Source: Heterodontus francisci (taxonomy: Eukaryota). Taken from it: DNA of 64,000 nt. The translations under genes were made by a program, and so were the position numbers. The stretch's first letter is position 1, and each line of letters opens with the position of its first letter. Positions 10,605-21,689 of this stretch are shown here, one piece after another. Below the pieces are notes generated by a model. It saw only the letters and a list, made by a program, of their open reading frames with translations, had not been told where the DNA came from and made no database searches. The stretch lies in the NCBI RefSeq assembly GCF_036365525.1, contig NC_090399.1, positions 57,878,430 to 57,942,429 of the forward strand. Direction: 5' to 3'.

Positions 10605-11099
10605 TTTGCAGAGTGAGTCTACCTCCAAGGAAGACCAGTGACACTCCAATGTCAATAAGCAGGATGGCAAATCAGTGTGGAGGGGATATTGGAAACTGTA
10701 AGATAAACAATGGGTTAAGGGAGAAGGTAGCTGTAAAAGTAACCTAAAGGATACACAGGCAACATTAAAGGCTGCACCACAGACCAAGTCAACCCCAGAT
10801 ACAGGAAACCACAAATAGTGTCAACAGGAACTCGTGTTTGCTCAGGTTTAAAGTAGACATGTAAAAGTGTGGTGGAACGGCGAATGGTCCAGGAGGGGCT
10901 GGAAGATGCAACTGATTGAGATGTTCCTGCTGACAAGGGCAATACTGACTATCTTAGGGATGGACCCTGCTTAACTATTAGCACAGGCGGGTGGAGTAAG
11001 ACAAGGAGCCCTGAAACATTCTAGAGCATCTTTAACATTTATATCTTGGGAGTAGGGGTGACAGGAGGAGAAGGGAAGTGAGCACCAGCCATGACAGAC

Positions 11100-14085
11100 C
11101 CCAGATTTAAATCCTTATTCCTTGTTTGATTATCTCCCATTCTAAAGGAGAAGGTGGGAGTGTCGGTCCACAAAGGATTGGACTGGGAACAAGCTATATA
11201 AGAGGTGACACCAGGTTGGGATCATCCAGCAGGTGAGTGAGTATGAGCAGCGGAGACTCAGAAAAGGCAGGTCTCAGCTGTGGACGAGCCTTGTCCCACT
11301 AGGGACAGAGACTGGGACTGAGCCAGTCCACAAGCGAGCCACACACAGTCTGAACTACTCGTACTGTGATAAACCAGGTCATGTGGACAGGAATTGGAGA
11401 TCTGGGAGAGAAAGGGGGTCCACACTTTGGACGAGCTCCCGAGGGAGGAGATGGAGGAGAAAGTGATCACATTCACTGCTTTGGACAACAGATTGAGCGA
11501 TTAGAAACTCTGCTGAACATGGAGAAGATTACTGAGAGAGTGGCTGCAGCAAGCTGAGGGCCTCCCATTACCCTACAGTCAAGATCAACAGAAGGAGGCA
11601 TGGCCAACAGAGAATCCCAATAGAGAAGGAGAGCCCTCCTCATAGTCAGGAGTGAGGGTCCAATGTGATGGGTTAGGGAGGAGGGAGTGGTCTCCCCACA
11701 GTTGAGAGTGAGGGTCCGATGTGATGGGTTAGGGAGGAGGGAGTGGTCTCCCCACAGTTGAGAGTGAGGGTCCAATGTGATGGGTTAGGGAGGAGGGACT
11801 GGTCTTCCCACAGTTGAGAGTGAGGGTCCGATGTGATAGGTTAGGGAGGAGGGAGTGGTCTCCCCACAGTTGGAGTGAGGGTCCGATGTGATCGATTAGG
11901 AAGAAGGGAGTGGTCTCCCCACAGTTGGAGTGAGTGTCCGATGTGATGGGTTAGGGAGGAGGGAGTAGTCTCCCCACAGTTGGAGTGAGGGTCCGATGTG
12001 ATGGGTTAGGGAGGAGGGAGTTGTCTCCCCACAGTTGGAGTGAGGGTCCAATGTGATGGGTTAGGGAGGAGGGAGTGGTCTCCCCACAGTTGGAGTGAGG
12101 GTCCAATGTGATGGGTTAGGGAGGAGGGAGTGGTCTCCCCACAGTTGGAGTGAGTGTCCGATGTGATCGGTTAGGGAGGAGGGAGTGGTCTCCCCACAGT
12201 TGGAGTGAGGGTCCAATGTGATGGGTTAGGGAGGAGGGAGTGGTCTCCCCACAGTTGGAGTGAGGGTCCGATGTGATCGGTTAGGGAGGAGGGAGTGGTC
12301 TCCCCACAGTTGGAGTGAGGGTCCAATCTGATGGAGGATTGAGGGAGGAGGGAGTGGTCTCCCCACAGTTGGAGTGAGGGTCCAATCTGATGGAGGATTG
12401 AGGGAGGAGGGAGTGGGCTCCCCACAGTTGAGAGTGAGAGTCCAATGTGATGGGTTAGGGAGGAGGGAGTGGGCTCCCCACAGTTGAGAGTGAGGGTCCG
12501 ATGTGATAGGTTAGGGAGGAGGGAGTGGTCTCCCCACAGTTGAGAGTGAGGGTCCAATGTGATGGGTTAGGGAGGAGGGAGTGGGCTCCCTACGGTTGGA
12601 GTGAGGGTCCAATGTGATGGGTTAGGGAGGAGGGAGTGGGCTCCCCACAGTTGGAGTGAGGGTCCGATGTGATAGGTTAGGGAGGAGGGAGTGGGCTCCC
12701 TACAGTTGGAGTGAGTGTCCGATGTGATAGGTTAGGGAGGAGGGAGTGGTCTCCCCACAGTTGAGAGTGAAGGTCCAATGTGATGAGTTAGGGAGGAGGG
12801 AGTGGTCTCCCCACAGTTGGAGTGAGGGTCCAATGTGATGAGTTCGGGTGGAGGGAGTGGTCTCCCCACAGTTGGAGTGAGTGTCCGATGTGATCGGTTA
12901 GGGAGGAGGGAGTGGTCTCCCCACAGTTGGAGTGAGTGTCCGATGTGATCGGTTAGGGAGGAGGGAGTGGTCTCCCCACAGTTGGAGTGAGGGTCCGATG
13001 TGATAGGTTAGGGTGGAGGGAGTGGTCTCCCCACAGTTGGAGTGAGTGTCCGATGTGATCGGTTAGGGAGGAGGGAGTGGTCTCCCCACAGTTGAGAGTG
13101 AGGGTCCAATGTGATGAGTTAGGGAGGAGGGAGTGGTCTCCCCACAGTTGGAATGAGTGTCCGATGTGATCGGTTAGGGAGGAGGGAGTGGTCTCCCCAC
13201 AGTTGGAGTGAGGGTCTGATGTGATAGGTTAGGGTGGAGGGAGTGGTCTCCCCACAGTTAGAGTGAGTGTCCGATGTGATCGGTTAGGGAGGAGGGAGTG
13301 GTCTCCCCACAGTTGGAGTGAGTGTCCAAGCTGATGGAGGATTGAGGGAGGAGTGGTGTCCCTACAGCTGGTATAAGGGTCCAATATGATGGGAGAGTGA
13401 GGTGGGGTGTTCTCCCCACAGCCGGAAGGAGAGTCTGATGTGATAGGGGCGTGAGGAGGGAGTGGTCTTCCCACAGTCGGAGTGAGGGTCTGATGTGATG
13501 GGGTTGGTTTACCCAGTTGTTCTGGTTGGCCACAGACATGATTTATTGATAAACACTGGATCATTATTGACCATCACACATACCTCACAGTGTCAAACCC
13601 AGACAATGAGGAAAGGGAAACTTGCTTCACTTTCAGGCTTTAACAGGCTGGTTATCCCAGAATATGAAGCTCAGTCATGTTACATAGAAATTGTAGACAG
13701 TTTATGGTTGTGGGTACAGGAGCCCATCCTGGTGACTATAACAGGAAACGCGGGTAAACTGGGCTCTGATGTGTTCTCTGTGGTGGGGATGTGTGTTAAA
13801 TATATAATGGATAACTGCATCTACATGTTGTGTCAGGAAGGAATGTTGAAATGTCAGATGCTTACAAGGTTTGTGCTGTTCAGAAACCTGAGGTCTCTCT
13901 GTTCCCAATGCACAGAGACAGAGCCCTATAAGATCATTGCAAAATACACCAGCAAGTTTGTTAAACACAAACACAACTGCAGAAAGTTAGCAGGAGTGGA
14001 ATACATAACAGGGTCACCTCACCAAACCCGAAAGGAATTACCTATACCTGAGGAGAGTGAACCTCATTATCAATACCAACCTTGA
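11100..14085 (+). mobile_element. Decayed retrovirus-like element: gag zinc knuckle, protease and start of RT, interrupted by a minisatellite
   Basis: YSYCDKPGHVDRNW (11356-11397) is a decayed CX2CX4HX4C. LLINTGSLLT (about 13543-13572) is a decayed DTG protease. KFVKHKHNC..ITGSPH..KELPIPEES resembles an RT N-terminus. Boundaries are approximate and no LTR was identified. Confidence 0.65.
11645..13500. repeat. 55/56-bp G-rich minisatellite GGGAGGAGGGAGTGGTCTCCCCACAGTTGGAGTGAGGGTCCAATGTGATGGGTTA, about 33 copies
   Basis: Directly visible, with a period of 55 (TTAGGG at 12061 and 12116). Confidence 0.97.
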
Positions 14086-14147
14086 TCTACTTTTTTCAGT
14101 CAAACCCACTGCACTCTCAGTGGAAATATTCTTTTTTATGTGATGTC

Positions 14148-14260
14148 AGCTGGGCCTCGATGGTAGCACTCTCACCTCACAATCAGAATTTCCCAATCAT
14201 TCAGCACAAAATCTAGGCTGATGCTTCAGTGCAGTACTGAGGGAGTGCTGCACTGTCGGA
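14148..14260 (+). mobile_element. Head of a tRNA-derived Deu-type (SacSINE1-like) SINE that runs into the 33-bp satellite
   Basis: TGGTAGCACTCTCACCTC...AGCACAAAATCTAGGCTGATGCTTCAGTGCAGTACTGAGGGAGTGCTGCACTGTCGGAGG matches the remembered shark SINE consensus. Confidence 0.65.
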
Positions 14261-17200
14261 GGGTCAGTACGGAGGGAGTGCTGCACAGTCGGAGGGTCGG
14301 TACTGAGAGAGCACAGCACTGTCGGAGGGGCAGTACTGAGGGAGTGCTGCACTGTCGGTGGGTCAGTCCTGAGGGAGTGCTGCACTGTCGGAGGGTCGGT
14401 ACGGAGAGAGCACAGCACTGTCGGAGGGGCAGTACTGAGGGAGGGCTGCATTGTCAGAGGGTAAGTACTGAGGGAGGGCTGCACTGTCAGAGGGTAAGTA
14501 CTGAGGGAGTGCTGTGCTGTCAGAGGGTAAGTACTGAGGGGCAGCTGCATTGTCGGTGGGTCAGCACTGAGGGAAAGCTGCATTGTCAGAGGGTAAGTAC
14601 TGAGGGAGGGCTGCACTGTCAGAGGGTAGGTTTTGAGGGAGGGCTGCACAGTCGGTGGGTCAGTACTGAGGGAAAGCTGCATTGTCAGAGGGTAAGTACT
14701 GAGGGAGGGCTGCACGGTCAGAGGGTAAGTACTGAGGGAGGGCTGCACTGTCAGAGGGTAAGTACTGAGGGAGTGCTGCATTGTCGGTGGGTCGGTACTG
14801 AGGGAGAGCAGCACTGTCGGTGGGTCAGTAATGAGGGAGTGCTGCATTGTCAGAGATTCAGTACTGAGGGAGTGCTGCACTGTCAGAGGGTCAATACTGA
14901 GGGAGGGCTGCACTGTCAGAGGGTAAGTACTGAGGGACAGCTGCATTGTCGGTGGGTCGGTACTGAGGGAGAGCTGCACTGTCGGTGGGTCAGTACTGAG
15001 GGAGAGCTGCACTGTCGGTGGGTCGGTACTGAGGGAGGGCTGCATTGTCAGAGGGTCAGTACTGAGGGTGTGCTGCACTGTCAGAGGGTCAATACTGAGG
15101 GAGGGCTGCACAGTCAGAGGGTAAGTACTGAGGGACAGCTGCATTTGCGGTGGGTCAGTACTGAGGGAGTGCTGCACTGTCGGTGGGTCAGTACTGAGGG
15201 AGTGCTGCATTGTCGGTGGGTCAGTACTGAGGGAGGGCTGCACTGTCAGAGGGTAAGTAGTGTGGGAGTGCTGCATTGTCGGTGGGTCGGTACTGAGGGA
15301 GAGCTGCACTGTCGGTGGGTCAGTACTGAGGGAGGGCTGCACTGTCAGAGGATAAGTACTGAGGGAGTGCTGCACTGTCGGTGGGTCAGTACTGAGGGAG
15401 AGCTGCATTGTCAGTGGGTCGGTACTGAGGGAGTGCTGCATTGTCGGTGGGTCAGTCCTGAGGGAAAGCTGCAGTGTCGTTGGGTCAGTACTGAGGGAGT
15501 GCTGCACTGTCGGTGGGTCAGTACTGAGGGAGAGCTGCACTGTCGGTGGGTCAGTACTGAGGGAGAGCTGCACTGTCGGTGGGTCAGTACTGAGGGAGAG
15601 CTGCATTGTCGGTGGGTCAGTATTGAGGGAAAGCTGCATTGTCAGAGGGTAAGTACTGAGGGAGGGCTGCACTGTCAGAGGGTAAGTACTGAGGGAGGGC
15701 TGCACTGTCAGAGGGTAAGTACTGAGGGACAGCTGCATTGTCGGTGGGTCGGTACTGAGGGAGAGCTGCACTGTCGGTGGGTCAGTACAGAGGGAGAGCT
15801 GCACTTTCGGTGGGTCGGTACTGAGGGAGGGCTGCATTGTCAGAGGGTCAGTACTGAGGGAGTGCTGCACTGTCAGAGGGTCAATACTGAGGGAGGGCTG
15901 CACTGTCAGAGGGTAAGTACTGAGGGACAGCTGCATTTGCGGTGGGTCAGTACTGAGGGAGTGCTGCACTGTCGGTGGGTCAGTACTGAGGGAGTGCTGC
16001 ATTGTCGGTGGGTCAGTACTGAGGGAGGGCTGCACTGTCAGAGGGTAAGTACTGAGGGAGTGCTGCATTGTCGGTGGGTCGGTACTGAGGGAGAGCTGCA
16101 CTGTCGGTGGGTCAGTACTGAGGGAGGGCTGCACTGTCAGAGGATAAGTACTGAGGGAGTGCTGCACTGTCGGTGGGTCAGTACTGAGGGAGAGCTGCAT
16201 TGTCAGTGGGTCGGTACTGAGGGAGTGCTGCATTGTCGGTGGGTCAGTCCTGAGGGAAAGCTGCAGTGTCGTTGGGTCAGTACTGAGGGAGTGCTGCACT
16301 GTCGGTGGGTCAGTACTGAGGGAGAGCTGCACTGTCGGTGGGTCAGTACTGAGGGAGAGCTGCACTGTCGGTGGGTCAGTACTGAGGGAGAGCTGCATTG
16401 TCGGTGGGTCAGTATTGAGGGAAAGCTGCATTGTCAGAGGGTAAGTACTGAGGGAGGGCTGCACTGTCAGAGGGTAAGTACTGAGGGAGGGCTGCACTGT
16501 CAGAGGGTAAGTACTGAGGGAGGGCAGCACTGTCAGAGGGTAAGTACTGAGGGACAGCTGCATTGTCGGTGGGTCGGTACTGAGGGAGAGCTGCACTGTC
16601 AGAGGGTCAGTACTGAGGGAGTGCTGCACTGTCGGTGGGTCAGTACTGAGGGAGTGCTGCACTGTCGGTGGGTCAGTACTGAGGGAGGGCTGCACTGTCG
16701 GTGGGTCAGTACTGAGATGGGCTGCAATGTCAGAGGGTAGGTACTGAGGGAGTGCTGCATTGTCAGAGGGTCAGTACTGAGGGAGGGCTGCACTGTCAGA
16801 GGGTAAGTACTGAGGGACAGCTGCATTGTCGGTGGGTCGGTACTGAGGGAGAGCTGCACTGTCGGTGGGTCAGTACTGAGGGAGAGCTGCACTGTCGGTG
16901 GGTCGGTACTGAGAGAGAGCTGCATTGTCAGAGGGTCAATACTGAGGGAGGGCTGCACTGTCAGAGGGTAAGTACTGAGGGACAGCTGCATTGTCGGTGG
17001 GTCGGTACTGAGGGAGAGCTGCACTGTCGGTGGGTCAGTACTGAGGGAGAGCTGCACGGTCAGTGGGTCGGTACTGAGGGAGTGCTGCATTGTCAGAGGG
17101 TCAGTACTGAGGGAGTGCTGCACTGTCGGTGGGTCAGTACTGAGGGAATGCTGCATTGTCGGTAGGTCAGTACTGAGGGAGGGCTGCACTGTCGGTGGGT

Positions 17201-20200
17201 CAGTACTGAGGGAGTGCTGCATTGTCGGTAGGTCAGTACTGAGGGAGGGCTGCACTGTCAGAGGGTAAGTACTGAGGGAGTGCTGCATTGTCGGTGGGTC
17301 GGTACTGAGGGAGAGCTGCACTGTCGGCGGGTCAGTACTGAGGGTGAGCTGCATTGTCAGTGGGTCGGTACTGAGGGAGTGCTGCATTGTCGGTGGGTCA
17401 GTACTGAGGGAAAGCTGCACTGTCGGTGGGTCAGTACTGAGGGAGAGCTGCACTGTCGGTGGGTCAGTACTGAGGGAGAGTTGCACTGTCGGTGGGTCGG
17501 TACAGAGGGTGAGCTGCATTGTCAGAGGGTCAATACTGAGGGAGGGCTGCACTGTCAGAGAGTAAGTACTGAGGGACAGCTGCATTGTCGGTGGGTCGGT
17601 ACTGAGGGAGAGCTGCACTGTCAGAGGGTCAGTACTGAGGGAGTGCTGCACTGTCGGTGGGTCAGTACTGAGGGAGTGCTGCACTGTCGGTGGGTCAGTA
17701 CTGAGGGAGGGCTGCACTGTCGGTGGGTCAGTACTGAGATGGGCTGCAATGTCAGAGGGTAGGTACTGAGGGAGTGCTGCATTGTCAGAGGGTCAGTACT
17801 GAGGGAGGGCTGCACTGTCAGAGGGTAAGTACTGAGGGACAGCTGCATTGTCGGTGGGTCGGTACTGAGGGAGAGCTGCACTGTCGGTGGGTCAGTACTG
17901 AGGGAGAGCTGCACTGTCGGTGGGTCGGTACTGAGAGAGAGCTGCATTGTCAGAGGGTCAATACTGAGGGAGGGCTGCACTGTCAGAGGGTAAGTACTGA
18001 GGGACAGCTGCATTGTCGGTGGGTCGGTACTGAGGGAGAGCTGCACTGTCGGTGGGTCAGTACTGAGGGAGAGCTGCACGGTCAGTGGGTCGGTACTGAG
18101 GGAGTGCTGCATTGTCAGAGGGTCAGTACTGAGGGAGTGCTGCACTGTCGGTGGGTCAGTACTGAGGGAATGCTGCATTGTCGGTAGGTCAGTACTGAGG
18201 GAGGGCTGCACTGTCGGTGGGTCAGTACTGAGGGAGTGCTGCATTGTCGGTAGGTCAGTACTGAGGGAGGGCTGCACTGTCAGAGGGTAAGTACTGAGGG
18301 AGTGCTGCATTGTCGGTGGGTCGGTACTGAGGGAGAGCTGCACTGTCGGCGGGTCAGTACTGAGGGTGAGCTGCATTGTCAGTGGGTCGGTACTGAGGGA
18401 GTGCTGCATTGTCGGTGGGTCAGTACTGAGGGAAAGCTGCACTGTCGGTGGGTCAGTACTGAGGGAGAGCTGCACTGTCGGTGGGTCAGTACTGAGGGAG
18501 AGTTGCACTGTCGGTGGGTCGGTACAGAGGGTGAGCTGCATTGTCAGAGGGTCAATACTGAGGGAGGGCTGCACTGTCAGAGAGTAAGTACTGAGGGACA
18601 GCTGCATTGTCGGTGGGTCGGTACTGAGGGAGAGCTGCACTGTCAGAGGGTCAGTACTGAGGGAGTGCTGCACTGTCGGTGGGTCAGTACTGAGGGAGTG
18701 CTGCACTGTCGGTGGGTCAGTACTGAGGGAGGGCTGCACTGTCGGTGGGTCAGTACTGAGATGGGCTGCACTGTCAGAGGGTAAGTACTGAGGGAGTGCT
18801 GCATTGTCGGTGGGTCGGTACTGAGGGAGTGCTGCACTGTCGGTGGGTCGGTACTGAGGGAGAGCTGCACTGTCGGTGGGTCAGTACTGAGGGAGGGCTG
18901 CACTGTCAGAGGATAAGTACTGAGGGAGTGCTGCACTGTCGGTGGGTCAGTACTGAGGGAGAGCTGCATTGTCAGTGGGTCGGTACTGAGGGAGTGCTGC
19001 ATTGTCGGTGGGTCAGTCCTGAGGGAAAGCTGCAGTGTCGTTGGGTCAGTACTGAGGGAGTGCTGCACTGTCGGTGGGTCAGTACTGAGGGAGAGCTGCA
19101 CTGTCGGTGGGTCAGTACTGAGGGAGAGCTGCACTGTCGGTGGGTCAGTACTGAGGGAGAGCTGCATTGTCGGTGGGTCAGTATTGAGGGATAGCTGCAT
19201 TGTCAGAGGGTAAGTACTGAGGGAGGGCTGCACTGTCAGAGGGTAAGTACTGAGGGAGGGCTGCACTGTCAGAGGGTAAGTACTGAGGGACAGCTGCATT
19301 GTCGGTGGGTCGGTACTGAGGGAGAGCTGCACTGTCGGTGGGTCAGTACTGAAGGAGTGCTGCATTGTCAGAGGGTCAGTACTGAGGGAGGGCTGCACTG
19401 TCAGAGGGTAAGTACTGAGGGACAGCTGCATTGTCGGTGGGTCGGTACTGAGGGAGAGCTGCACTGTCGGTGGGTCAGTACTGAGGGAGAGCTGCACTGT
19501 CGGTGGGTCGGTACTGAGAGAGAGCTGCATTGTCAGAGGGTCAATACTGAGGGAGGGCTGCACTGTCAGAGGGTCAGTACTGAGGGACAGCTGCATTGTC
19601 GGTGGGTCGGTACTGAGGGAGAGCTGCACTGTCGGTGGGTCAGTACTGAGGGAGAGCTGCACGGTCAGTGGGTCGGTACTGAGGGAGTGCTGCATTGTCA
19701 GAGGGTCAGTACTGAGGGAGTGCTGCACTGTCGGTGGGTCAGTACTGAGGGAGTGCTGCATTGTCGGTGGGTCAGTACTGAGGGAGGGCTGCACTGTCGG
19801 TGGGTCAGTACTGAGGGAGTGCTGCATTGTCGGTGGGTCAGTACTGAGGGAGGGCTGCACTGTCAGAGGGTAAGTACTGAGGGAGTGCTGCATTGTCGGT
19901 GGGTCGGTACTGAGGGAGAGCTGCACTGTCGGTGGGTCAGTACTGAGGGAGGGCTGCACTGTCAGAGGATAAGTACTGAGGGTGTGCTGCACTGTCGGTG
20001 GGTCAGTACTGAGGGAGAGCTGCATTGTCAGTGGGTCGGTACTGAGGGAGTGCTGCATTGTCGGTGGGTCAGTACTGAGGGAAAGCTGCACTGTCGGTGG
20101 GTCAGTACTGAGGGAGAGCTGCACTGTCGGTGGGTCGGTACAGAGGGTGAGCTGCATTGTCAGAGGGTCAATACTGAGGGAGGGCTGCACTGTCAGAGAG

Positions 20201-20860
20201 TAAGTACTGAGGGACAGCTGCATTGTCGGTGGGTCGGTACTGAGGGAGAGCTGCACTGTCAGAGGGTCAGTACTGAGGGAGTGCTGCACTGTCGGTGGGT
20301 CAGTACTGAGGGAGTGCTGCACTGTCGGTGGGTCAGTACTGAGGGAGGGCTGCACTGTCGGTGGGTCAGTACTGAGGGAGGGCTGCACTGTCAGAGGGTA
20401 AGTACTGAGGGAGTGCTGCATTGTCGGTGGGTCGGTACTGAGGGAGAGCTGCACTGTCGGTGGGTCAGTACTGAGGGAGGGCTGCACTGTCAGAAGGTAA
20501 GTACTGAGGGTGTGCTGCACTGTCGGTGGGTCAGTACTGAGGGAGAGCTGCATTGTCAGTGGGTCGGTACTGAGGGAGTGCTGCATTGTATGTGGGTCAG
20601 TACTGAGGGAAAGCTGCAGTGTCGGTGGGTCAGTACTGAGGGAGAGCTCCATTGTCAGTGGGTCGGTACTGAGGGAGGGCTGCATTGTCAGAGGGTCAGT
20701 ACTGAGGGAGTGCTGCACTGTCGGTGGGTCAGTACTGAGGGACAGCTGCATTGTCGGTGGGTCGGTACTGAGGGAGAGCTGCACTGTCGCTGGGTCAGTA
20801 CTGAGGGAGTGCTGCATTGTTGGTGGGTCGGTACTGAGGGAGAGCTGCAGTGTCGGAGGT
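14232..20860. repeat. 33-bp satellite CAGTACTGAGGGAGTGCTGCACTGTCGGTGGGT, about 200 copies, with 792-bp and 1022-bp higher-order repeats
   Basis: Directly visible. The variant GCATTTGCGG occurs at 15141 and 15933 (24x33 bp apart). ORF boundaries recur at 16599, 17621 and 18643 (1022 = 31x33-1). Confidence 0.98.
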
Positions 20861-20879
20861 GCCATATACAGGTTAAGAG

Positions 20880-20996
20880 AGTGGATGATGCTGTGGTAAA
20901 TGGTGTTTAATGTGGGGAAGTGAGTCGTCATCCACTTTGGACACAACAAAGATAAATGGTGAAAAACTCAGGACTGTTGAGAATCAAAGCGATTTG
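20880..20996 (+). mobile_element. Short CR1 ORF2 remnant
   Basis: TTTAATGTGGGGAAG...ATCCACTTTGGA corresponds to the FNVxKC.VIHFG motif, and CAAAGCGATTTG encodes QSDL, a QRDL-like motif. Confidence 0.55.
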
Positions 20997-21001
20997 TTTT
21001 A

Positions 21002-21070
21002 AAAAACAGGAAATGCTGGAAATGTTCAGCCGATCAGGCAGCATCAGTGGTGAGAAAAACCACATTAATA
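21002..21070 (-). mobile_element. Short remnant of the same Penelope-like terminal repeat seen at 60298
   Basis: AAAACAGGAAATGCTGGAAATGTTCAGC...GGCAGCATC is similar to 60332-60385. Confidence 0.5.
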
Positions 21071-21689
21071 ATCCGGTGTTTACAGAGGTGGGATTTTCTA
21101 GCTGGGGAGAAGAGTTCAGACTGGGTAACCCCTGACTCCATATTTAGATGGCAGCGTGGAGTTTTAACTACACATTGTGCATTTGTTTTTTTAACAGGTT
21201 CCCTGCCCCAATCCCCAGTCTGATTGACAGGCTCAGCTCACTGGAGGGAGTGGAACACTGCAGAAAGGCTCGAGCTCAGGAGCAGGAAGTTTCATGCTGC
21301 TTAGGGTAAAGATTGCAGGGTCACAGAGGGTGGGGTGGGGGGCGGGTGAGGGGGGTTACAGCAAGGTGTCGAGGGTCCGGGTGGGATCGTGTGGGGGATG
21401 GGGGTCAGAGAGAGATGGGGCAGAGATGGTGGATCAGAGACAATACAGAATGATCAGAGGGGAGGGTGTGTCACATATCAGAGAAAGAGAGGGAAAGGGT
21501 CAAGGAGCAATCATAGAGGAATTAGAGGGAATACAGATAGAGATCAGAGGGAGAAATCTGAGGGAGAGTTTGGTGGGAGAAATTGGTGGGGACCTATGGG
21601 AGATCAGAGGGAGATTTTGGAGGGGGATCAGGGGAAGATTGGAGCGGTGGGGGATAAATCTGAGGGAGATTTTGGAGGGAACTGGGCGA

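Noticed and set aside
11645-13500. Interstitial telomere or human PRDM9 motif (CCTCCCTAACCCA)
   Set aside because: There is only a single TTAGGG per 55-bp unit. The PRDM9 motif is specific to human alleles and imperfect here.
11645-20860. RAG recombination signals (CACAGTT, CACTGTC) or an Ig switch-like region (AGCT/WGCW-rich)
   Set aside because: The heptamers are imperfect, with no ACAAAAACC nonamer at 12/23 spacing, and no V/D/J or constant exons are present.
14197-20949. Long ORFs of 372-839 aa on both strands (mucin-like STDPPT or Cys/His repeats)
   Set aside because: The 33-bp unit equals 11 codons, so stop-free frames arise automatically. They are open on both strands, appear SINE-derived, and show no gene structure.
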